Positions 23,334 through 33,392 of a stretch of 43,042 nucleotides of DNA are shown here, one piece after another. Made by a program: the position numbers and the translations under genes. Each line of letters begins with the position of its first letter. Position 1 is the first letter of the stretch. The notes below the pieces were generated by a model, which was not told the origin of the DNA, searched no databases, and was given only the letters and a program-made list of their open reading frames with translations. Source of the stretch: Neovahlkampfia damariscottae (lineage: Eukaryota); the NCBI GenBank assembly GCA_016618085.1, contig JABLTG010000161.1:1-43042 (forward strand). Reading direction: 5' to 3'.

Positions 23334-24755
23334 ATGAAGAAGATGTCCAAATCTACAGTGGCATTATCTCCAACACCTAAAGATTCAAGAAGGTCCAAAA
23401 AAACAAAATCACGAGAGTTCAGTAATAAAATATTCCAAGAAATAGAAAACTATCAAATCCTTGAAAATCAACAACAAAAAATTCAAACCATCTCTTCATA
23501 TAAATACAAATCTGACTCAATAGATGTTCTATTAAAATCAGGAAATTCAATTTTATTATTTTTTATTTCAGACTTAAAAACGGAATATCAATACAGAATG
23601 ATAGAAGACTTTCAATTTTACTTTAAAAAATTAATTTTCTTAAATATCAATCCAATATTAATCACTTCAAAAACAGAAGAACACTTCAATTTATTTTATC
23701 AAAACCCATTTAATTTTCATGTTATTTTTGATCAAGATGAAAAAATTTTGAACAATTTTGATTTACAAAATATTAACAAATTGAATGAAGTATGTGTTCT
23801 CATAAAAAATGAAAATATTGAAAAACATATCATTATTGAATCAAATAAAAAAAGAATTAATTTCATTAAATTCGTTTTGAATTTTGAAAGTGCTAAAAAA
23901 GTTAATAGTTTTTATGATTCAAATTTTAACACAGCATGGAAATCAAAAAGAAGATCTAAAGCATTAGTAGGTGAAAAAATAGATTTATCAGATGTTTTAC
24001 CAAATGATTCTGAAGATAAATATCATCATGCTTATCGTGTTCTGTCACCAATAAGTCTTGAAATTGATGAATTTTCTCCTGAACAAAAAATTGAAAAGAA
24101 AAAAAGAAAGAAACTATTTACATCACCTGAAGAAGATGAATTGAAAGAACATAAAAATATTTCAGAAGAAAAACCTTTAAAATTGAAACAATTTTCAGAT
24201 AGTTTTATCAAAGAAAAAACAATTCAAAACTCAACAAAGAAAAATCTCATGTTGGAAGATTCAAATTTGGAAGATGAATTTATGTTCTCAAATAGTACAT
24301 TCACTGCAACTTTTTCTAATTTTGTGCTTGATGTTGAATATGATAATTTACTGAATTCAATGGAAAAAAAAGATTTAGCAAAGAATTTTTGTTATGAAAG
24401 TATTTACACAAATGATGTTTATTTTGAAGTGTTCAAGTCATTTTTGAAAAAAGAATTTTCATATGAAAATGCTTTATTCATTGAAATTTCTTCAAAATAC
24501 ATCCAAGAAAAAGATTTGAAAAAAAAAATTGTAATTTACGAAGAAATCAAATCAAATTTTTTAAACCCTGATTCTGAATTTGAAATTAATATTTCAAATA
24601 GATCAAAGAAACATATTTTTGTTCATGTTGAAAGTGAAAATTATGCTGATAATTTATTTGCTGATATCAGAAAGGAATTGAAGTATGGAATAATGTTTGA
24701 TTCATTCTCTAGATTTATAAGAACAAAAGAATTTAATGAAATGATTCAAAATTAA
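23334..24755 (+). CDS. RGS-domain protein with N-terminal thioredoxin/AhpC-like region
   Basis: C-terminal FKSFLKKEFSYENALF..FL...SEFEINIS..DSFSRF RGS motif. The N-terminal ILLFF..NINPILIT..FHVIFDQDEKILNNF segment resembles the AhpC/TSA fold but lacks the catalytic Cys. Confidence 0.8.
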   Translation: MKKMSKSTVALSPTPKDSRRSKKTKSREFSNKIFQEIENYQILENQQQKIQTISSYKYKSDSIDVLLKSGNSILLFFISDLKTEYQYRMIEDFQFYFKKLIFLNINPILITSKTEEHFNLFYQNPFNFHVIFDQDEKILNNFDLQNINKLNEVCVLIKNENIEKHIIIESNKKRINFIKFVLNFESAKKVNSFYDSNFNTAWKSKRRSKALVGEKIDLSDVLPNDSEDKYHHAYRVLSPISLEIDEFSPEQKIEKKKRKKLFTSPEEDELKEHKNISEEKPLKLKQFSDSFIKEKTIQNSTKKNLMLEDSNLEDEFMFSNSTFTATFSNFVLDVEYDNLLNSMEKKDLAKNFCYESIYTNDVYFEVFKSFLKKEFSYENALFIEISSKYIQEKDLKKKIVIYEEIKSNFLNPDSEFEINISNRSKKHIFVHVESENYADNLFADIRKELKYGIMFDSFSRFIRTKEFNEMIQN

Positions 24756-24829
24756 AAAAATTCCGTTATATTTTTGTTTGAAACTTCTTCCAATCAGATT
24801 CTTTTTTTTTCTCAACGTTAACAATTGAG

Positions 24830-25905
24830 ATGAAAGAAGTACAAGGAATTTTGGACAAAGTGAGATCGAATAAAATTGGAGGAATAATAATGAAATACTT
24901 TGGTAAATCCAAATCAATCGACTAAATTTAAGAAGACTGGAGAAATGACTTATTTTTTTATGCTCAAAAACCAGTTGCAGTGACAACATCAATTGCTTAT
25001 TTTTGGAGATTCTTTGCAATACTATGGATGATAACGATATATATATACTATATAGGCTCATATAAAACAGAAATTCCAGTTTACTTGATATATCTAACAA
25101 ATCAAACATTCACCTTGACATTCATTTATTTTATTATCAGTTTTTTATGTTCATCATATACAGCATTGCAGTAAATGAAAAATAACTAAACTGTCAAAGA
25201 ATGATGCACATGATTTCTGAATTACCTGAAAAAGATGAAAGAAAATGGTTCCCAAAACATCCTGAAATTCTATATTATGTACTTAGATTTTTTCAGGGTA
25301 GATTATATCCACTTTGTATTTTATCAAACATTTTAGTTCCACCTTTGTATTGGATTCTCGTTTATCATGGTCAAATACCTGGTTATTACACGTATGTGAA
25401 AAAACTTTATTAACCATTTTTTAGTGTTGGAGCTCATGGTATTTCAGCTATTTTGTATTTGTTAGATGCTATATTCGAAATGATTCATATATCTTGGTTG
25501 GATTTTTTATTTGTTCTTGTTTATGCACCAATTTATGTCGGTATTGTCTTTATTTACCATGGAATCTCTGGAATTTGGGCTTATTCAGCATTGGACACAA
25601 CAAAGAATCCATATGCTGCTGTGGTTTATGTTGGTTGCTTTGCTTTTTATTACATTGGATTTTTTGTTCTTGTGTTCATGAGTTTTGGGAAATTATTGTT
25701 GGTTGGCTTTTTGAAAAAGAAATTTCAATCATTTATATGGATTTCAAAAGAAAAAACAGAAGCACCAGTTTCCAACAATCTGGATGAACAAGAATTACAA
25801 AATATTGCATTAACCTCCGAAGAATCTTTAGAGTCAACCAGTCAACAAGAGCAAGGACAAACCTGTCAACAAGAAAAATTAGATGAAGTTGAACTTGGAA
25901 ATTAG
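24830..25905 (+). CDS. Rolling-stone/FAR-17a-AIG1-like multipass membrane protein, copy 1 (4 exons)
   Basis: IYLTNQT, PPLYWILVY, VGAHG and WAYSALD motifs; about 6 TM helices. Confidence 0.75.
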
Positions 25906-25968
25906 TTGTAAATAAAGTTAAATTTGTTTAATTTATTATCCAATCATTTCAAAGCTAGTTGTAGAAAG

Positions 25969-27077
25969 ATGACCAACGAAAAAGTAACATTTCTGGAAAA
26001 ATTCAAAGAAAACAAAATAATAGGTCTTATCCTCAAATACTTTAGTTTGTTTAATCAAAAAGAATCTAATTCAAATTAATAGACTGGAGAAACGAATTAT
26101 TTTTTTATGCTGAAAAACCAGTAGCACTAACTACTTCAATTAGATACTTTTATAGATTTTTTTGTACCTTATGGATCATAACACTATATATTTATTATGT
26201 GGCTATACTAACTGATGACGTTCCTCTTTATTTGATTTATCTCACTCATCAAACGTATACATTTACATTCATTTATTTTGTCATTTCATTTTTATGTTCT
26301 TCTTATAATATCTTGAAGTAAAAAAAAATAAAAACTAAAATTTTTAAAGAATGATGAACTTAATATCTCAACTCCCAGAAAAAGAGGAAAGAAAAATATG
26401 TCCAAAACATCCTGATATCATTTATAAAATACTTAGATTTATACAGGGAAGACTACATCCAATTTGTATTTTATCAAATATTTTAGTACCACCTTTGTAT
26501 TGGATATTAGTATACCATGGACAATTTCCATCATACAACTCGTAAGATTTTAGTTTTATCATATAATTCTTAAAGTATTGGTGCACATGGTGTATCTGCT
26601 TTCTTTTGTCTGTTGGATATAATTTTTGAAATTATTCATATCAGTTGGTTTGATTTTCTTGTTGTATTCTTATATGCTCCATTTTACGTGTGCGTTGTTT
26701 GGATATATTATTGGTCTTCTGGGAATTGGGTCTATTCAGCTTTGAATCCATCAAAAGGTGTTAGTACTGCTTTTGTTTATCTTGGTTGTTTCGCTTTTTA
26801 TTACATTGGATTTTTCGTTATTCTTTTTATTACTTATGTAAAAATGATTTCTGTTGGTTTCTTGAAGAAAAAATTTCAAAAATATCTTTGGGATAAAAAA
26901 AGAATTACAAACAATGAAAATGATAAAAATCAAGATCAAGAACTTCAAAATATGTCATTGACATCTGTTGAAGCAACAAATGTGGAACAACAGCCAAAAG
27001 AAGAAAAATTTGATGATATTTCATTGGATGAAGCTTCACCAAATAATATTGAAGATGTTAATCAAGAAGAAATTTAA
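25969..27077 (+). CDS. Rolling-stone/FAR-17a-AIG1-like membrane protein, copy 2 (tandem paralogue)
   Basis: Same motifs (IYLTHQT, PPLYWILVY, IGAHG, WVYSALN) and the same three intron positions as copy 1. Confidence 0.75.
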
Positions 27078-27088
27078 GTAACGTTTAT

Positions 27089-28932
27089 TTAATCTTGTTG
27101 TTCTAAAATTTGATTTTCTACACTTTCTCCATTAATCTGGTTTTGATTTTGGTCTGTCACTTCTTGTTCTTTATCTTCTCTCTCTTCTGTATAAAAATGT
27201 AAAATTGATGTTTTTTCTGGATTTTTGAAATAGTATTTTTCTGCTTTGTTGTCTTCAATTTGATTATCTTTTCAAGTTAAAAATGATTGAACTTACTGTA
27301 ACATTGAATATTTTTTAATGTTTTATTGTCATCTAAAAGATTGATCAAGTTTTTTAAACCTTCTTTTTTAATATGATTTCCATTTAAATTTAAATCTGTT
27401 AATGTTTTATTGTCCTTCAAAAAATCAAATACAAAATGCATTCCTTTTCCAATTTTGTTATTAGAAATATCTAAACTTGTAATTGATGTATTTTTCTCCA
27501 AAAACTTCTTGACTAAACTACCTTTTGAAATTGAATTATCTAAAAAAATAATTTGTCAAAAAAAAAAAAAAAAAACCAAACTTGAAAATGTGATTGTTTT
27601 CAAATTTTCACTTAATTTTTTTTCTTTTCTGATAAAGTACTGTAATCCTTCATCTTTCATTTTATTTTTGTCCAAATTGATTTCTTCTAAACTCGTATTG
27701 TCAAAAAGTGCAAAACTTAAAAGTTTAATTCCTTCAACTCTTAATTTATTATCTTGTAAAAGATATATCAATTTTTTGTTTGTTTACTGTTTAAGTTTAA
27801 CACTTTTAATGTTTTATTTTCTTTGAGATAACAACCAATGATGTAGGCTCCATAAGGTCCTAAATCATTTCCTGATAGATTTAAAATTCTCAAAGTTTCA
27901 TTGTCATAAAGTGATTTACAAAGAACTTCTAACCCTTCACAACCAAATAAATTTTCTATTTTTTTTTAAAATTAAACTTTTTCTTACTTGAAACATCTAA
28001 TTTAAGAATTGTATCATTTTGTTCCATTGCTTCGAATAACCGTATTGAATCTTCAGTTCTTATGAAATTCTCACTTAAATTTAAATTGGTTATTGATTCA
28101 GTTTCATTCACAACTCTTGAAACTTCTTTTGCAGATCTTCCAATAAAATTTCTTCCTAAATTCAAAATTTCAACATAAACGTTTTCAATCAAAACATCAC
28201 AAAATTCTTTCATTCCATGTTCTGTCAAATCCATATCTACCAATAAAATTAGAAAATGATTTCGAACCATATAAATCAATTTCTGTTATTCTTGTGTTAT
28301 TTTTGAAGACAACTGAAACATATTCAAGTCCTCTAGTACCACCAACTCCTACTCTAGATCTAAAAAATTTTAATTTTCAAATTGAAGATTAACCTTCCTT
28401 TTGTTTTTCCTTTTTTTTTTTTTTTAACTTTTTTTTTTTCTTACTGTGGAATCTTAAAGTGGTAACTTGAGGATCATTACCAGCAATTTGATTCAAATAT
28501 GATACAAATTCTTTTCCTTTATGTTTTTCAACGTCTTGAGCAAATTTGGCTTTTAAGTTGTCATGTTTTTTGCTTGATTCTGAATATATTTAGAAATTAT
28601 CAGTTCATATTACTTTCTGCTTCTTGTAATTTTTCCCATGTTATTTCAGCTTCAATTTCTTTTTTCATTTTTTCAACTTGTGCTTTTAATGCATCAACGC
28701 CCATTGTTGAACCATCTTCATCCAGAGTTCCATGAACTGTTCTTTGAAACCCAGTCTATTTTTTATTTTTTAAAAAAAAAGAAAATCAAACAGGACCTGA
28801 GATTTCCACTTCTTTTGTTGGTTTAATTTCAGAATGTTTTTTTCTTCCACTAAACAGAGAAGATACCATCATACTCAAAGATTTTGGTCTACCAGAGTGA
28901 GTCTTGACTTCAGTCAAGCGCTTGTTAGACAT
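27089..28932 (-). CDS. CRIB-like motif plus ribonuclease-inhibitor-type LRR protein, many introns
   Basis: ATG 28932. Spliced EISGP|TGFQRTVHG, then LNLGRNFIG, LNLSENFI, LNLSGNDLGP, INLDKNKM, LDISNNKIG and LNLNGNHI repeats. Confidence 0.8.
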
Positions 28933-29112
28933 GTAACGGAAGTATTTTAATTGGTCTAATTTCAATTTGTCTTTTCTCTTTACCTTTTTTGGCCGAGAAG
29001 TCGTTACAATTTGGTATTTTTTTTGTTTCCTGTGTTTCAGCTCATTTTATAAATTGAACCTTCTTTCGGTTGAAAATTCGTCCAATCATATCGTAGAAGT
29101 TTCTAAAACAAC

Positions 29113-30766
29113 ATGGACATTGAATTGTTTCGTAACAAACCTGAACTCATCAAAGAAAGTCAAAAAAGAAGATTTCCTGTTACAAAAGATTCAACAAAAG
29201 AACAAATCGAAAAACATGAAGAAATGGTTGGTTTAGTTGACGAAGTAATTAAATTAGACAAAGAATGGAGAGAAAGTAAGAGACAAATTAAAAAAAAATA
29301 TTAATAATTTTTGAAATAGTTCGTAAGAGACTTGATATTGTCAATAAATTTCACACCATTTGTTCAAAAGCAAACGGAGAAAAAAGAAAAAAAAAAGAAC
29401 CACAAACAGATGAAACAGAAGAACAAATTCAAATTTATAAAGATTTAGAAGAAAATGTTGATAAAATAACAAAAGAAGAAGCTGAAAAATTGACAATTAA
29501 ACAATTAACTGAACTTGCAAATGTTGTAGCAAAACACCAACAAAAAATTATGAAAGAAGAAAAAGAAAAAATTGAACAAAGAGAACAAAAATCAGGAATC
29601 ATTGGAAATTTAGTTTTTGATGATGTACCTGTTTCAAACAACGAAGATTTCAACAAAGTTATGAAAGAATTTGGTGATAAAATTCCAGTCAAAGTTGTTC
29701 AAGTCAAAAAAGAAAAACAATATGTTCATGAAAAAGAAGAATTTACACTTTTGAATCATGTTGATATTATGACAAATTTAGGTGGTATGGATACAAAAAA
29801 AGGTAGTTCAATCGCTGGAGAAAGATGTTATTATTTAAAAGGTGATTTATTTATGCTCAATATGGCTTTGACTCAATATGCTATGAATTTTCTTTGTATG
29901 AAGAAAAATTTTACACCAATTTATCCACCTTTCTTTTTGAAAAAAGAAATCATGTCAGAAGTGGCTCAATTACAACAATTTGATGAAGAACTTTATAAAG
30001 TATCAGGAGATGGTGATGATAAGTATTTAATTGCAACAAGTGAACAACCAATCGCTTCATATCACCGTCAAGAAAGACTTGATGATACTGAATTACCAAT
30101 TAAATATGCTGGTTATTCAACATGTTTCAGAAAAGAAGTAAAAAAAAAAAAAAAAATTAAATAACATAATAATTAGGTTGGTACACACGGAAAAGATACA
30201 CTTGGTATTTTTAGAGTTCATCAATTTGATAAAATTGAACAATTTTATATTACTTCACCAAAAGTAAATGAAAAATCAGGAAAATTATTTTCAGAAGAAG
30301 CATTTACAGAATTAATGGATAATTGTGAAGAATTTTATCAATCTGTAATTCAATTTTATTGTTAACTTTTTTAAATTTTTAGTTAGGTCTTCCTTATCAA
30401 GTTATTAGTATTGTATCTGGAAAATTGAACAATGCAGCTGCTATTAAATATGATTTAGAAGCATGGTTTCCTGGATCACAAACATATCGTGAACTCGTTT
30501 CATGTTCAAATTGCACATCATATCAATCAAGAAAACTTGATATCAAATATGGAAAAACAAGTCATAAAAATCAAAATATCAAAGCTGAATATGTTCATAT
30601 GTTGAATTCAACAATGTGTGCAACAACAAGATGTTTATGTTGCATTGTTGAAAATCATCAAACAAAAGATGGTATTAAAATTCCAGAAGTTTTACAACCT
30701 TATATGGGAGGAAAAACTGAATTGAAATTTCAAAAACCAAAAGAAACTAAAACAAAAAAGAAATAA
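29113..30766 (+). CDS. SARS1: Cytosolic seryl-tRNA synthetase, 4 exons
   Basis: [61 protein letters not shown] and [12 protein letters not shown] (class II motifs 2 and 3). Confidence 0.97.
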
Positions 30767-31735
30767 ATCTTAAATGTTCAAGCAAAAAAAAATCTGGCTA
30801 ACAGCCAATAAAAAAGTCAATTAACTGTCTTCGAAGCTGGAAAAAAAGTGGCTTCGGATCAACTTTCAGCTGAAATTTAAAGTTTTATTTTTCTAAATTT
30901 TTCAAAAGCAGCAAAATTTTCCAGCGAATAGCCTGACCAAAAAACAGTTCTTTAGCTAGCTAAATTTGAAGTCGAAGGTACTAAAATCAACTCATAATAA
31001 ACATTTCTCATTTTCGTTTGATTTTTTTACAAGTGGAGCAATAAAATTTTAGCATCAAAACTTTCAGTGGCAGTTTTTGTTTTGTTGGTTCTGTTCATTT
31101 GGTGAGGCGAAAATAATTAACCAATAAAATTAATTTTAAAAATAAATTTAATTTCCGAAATCTTCCAAAAATTCTAAAACGTGTAGTTTTTAGCTCCAAA
31201 TCGAGCTGAGTTAATTCACCAGCAATTCTTCAACTTGGTTTAATCTCTTGAATAATTGCTTATCTTCCTTCTACAAAACTCAAATTCCATTTCTGAAAAA
31301 TTTTTTCATATTTTTAATAAAACTCAATAGAAAAAATTTTCTTTTTTTCACTGGCAGAAACCAGCAAAAACAACTTTACAAGCAACAGAAAACCCTCACT
31401 TGGTCGTTTTGGAAAAAGAAAAAGTTGAAGCAATTGCAAATTTCTTACACAAAAAAAACAACAGGTTTTCAGTGAATGAAATTAAAACAAAATTAGGAAA
31501 AAAATTCAGCAATGCAAGAACAAAAGTAAAAAAGATGGTCGGAAGTGAAGAAGACACCGAAATATAAAGATTATATTTTTATAATTTTTTTTTTTTTTCA
31601 AAATTTTGAAAAAAAATTTTGAATTTGATGTTTGCGAAAAATTTTCAAATTTTTTGAAAAAAGTAGCTGATTTTTTTTGTTTGGGAGTACGTTATTCTTT
31701 GAGACTTTTCGATTTGATTGGTTGCTTTTTTTTTG

Positions 31736-32857
31736 ATGTTTGAAGCAAAGAAACCTTTAGGTCAAATTGTTAGGAGTTTTATTTTAAAAAACTTTGGATC
31801 TAAGCATTCACTGTTCAAATTTTTTATTTATTTGTTTGTCTTTTTAATCGGAACTGTTTTAGGTTCCACTATTTTTTCTTTAAAAGCACCTCCTAAATTG
31901 AACACAAAAATTATACAAGACAATTTTTACGAAATGTTTAGAGAATATATTGCAGAAGAAGATACAAAAGTGTTTGAAAACTTTGGTTCTTTAGTTTTAT
32001 TTTTGTTAATTTTTTTTTAGGAGATTCTAATTCACAACCAATTTTCCGTTTAGACTCTAAAAAAGTTACAGGTTCTTATGTTCATGGAATGTTTGTTGCT
32101 AGAAGTCGACCTGTAATCTTTAAAAGTCAAAAAATTGGAAAGTTTCCATCACCTCGTTTGTGGACTGATGAATACTTATTAAGAAAATTTGGAAACCAAA
32201 AAGTAAAAGTCCAAAGTAGTAGATCAAATGAATTTTCAAGATATACTCAAAAAGAATACTCACATTTCGAAACTATGTCATTTTCAAAATTTTTAAAAAA
32301 CTATAATTCTCCTAAAAGAACTTCAAATTATTTTTTAAAAGAAGATGTTCTAAAAAGACATAGATTTTTGACAACAGTACCAAAACATTTAAGAATTGAA
32401 AGTGAACTCTTTAAAACTGGAATTGAATTTCAAATGGGAGCTGGAGGTCAAATTGGTATTCTTTCTCAAGCAAATCAAGAAGTTTTTGTTTGTCAAATAA
32501 AAGGATGGAGAAAAGTAATTTTATATGATCCTACTCAAACTGATTTATTGTATCCAAAAAGAAATATTCCTTTAGAAAGGTTCTTTTTTTTAATATATTT
32601 AATTTTAAAGTCAAGTGAATCCTGTTGAACCAGATTTAAAGAAATTCCCAAAATTTGAAAAATCAAAACCTGTTATGGGAAGACTGAATGCTGGTGAATG
32701 TTTATTTGTTCCTTCAAATTGGTGGTATTTTGATATTTTGCAAAAAGGAAAAAATATTGCTTTGACTTATATTTATTTACCACATAGTTTACAATATGCG
32801 AAGGTTTTTGATTCTTTGAGGAGAAGTCGAAATGAAGATATTCATTCTTTCAATTAA
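31736..32857 (+). CDS. Membrane-anchored JmjC/cupin_8-domain protein with degenerate Fe-binding site, 3 exons
   Basis: TM helix, SRPVIFK, WTDEYL, MSFSKFL, CQIKGWRKVILYDP, VNPVEPDLKKFPKF and LNAGECLFVPSNWWY. Confidence 0.82.
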
Positions 32858-33392
32858 ACATTGATTTTTTATTGATTTAAATTTATAAATTATATTTATC
32901 ATCACTTTAGTATTATTGGATGCTTGATAATTTTTTGACTGATGAATTGTTTCGAAAATTATATTTTTAATTATTTCTTTTTCGACCAATCAAATTTTTT
33001 TTCACAAAGTAAGTGTGATGTAATTTAGGAGCACGACAAGATTATTAATTCAATTTGTTCAACTGAGTGAATATCAAGGAGTCAATGTTAAGTATGTTTT
33101 TGGTTCGTAATATGTTTTCATTATAAAATTCCAAAATATTGGAACTGGATTGAGTGGAAAGGATTTTAGTTGAGACTTTCAAATATTTTTATTCCAAAAA
33201 TTATTCAACTTGCTCTTTGCTTGAAAGAATTGGGTACTTCTCAACTTTTGATTGATACAAACACAAATTTATCAAAAAACCGTTTTGGTCAATTTTACGC
33301 AATTTTATTATGATCAACTTTTTGTAAGAATCAAAGTTTGACCTCAACCAATAATTATACCTAATTTTTTATTTTTTTCATTGGACAATCAA

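Noticed and set aside
31248..31475. 75-aa ORF in the non-coding island
   Set aside because: TTG start, low-complexity K/F composition from A/T runs, and no recognisable motif.
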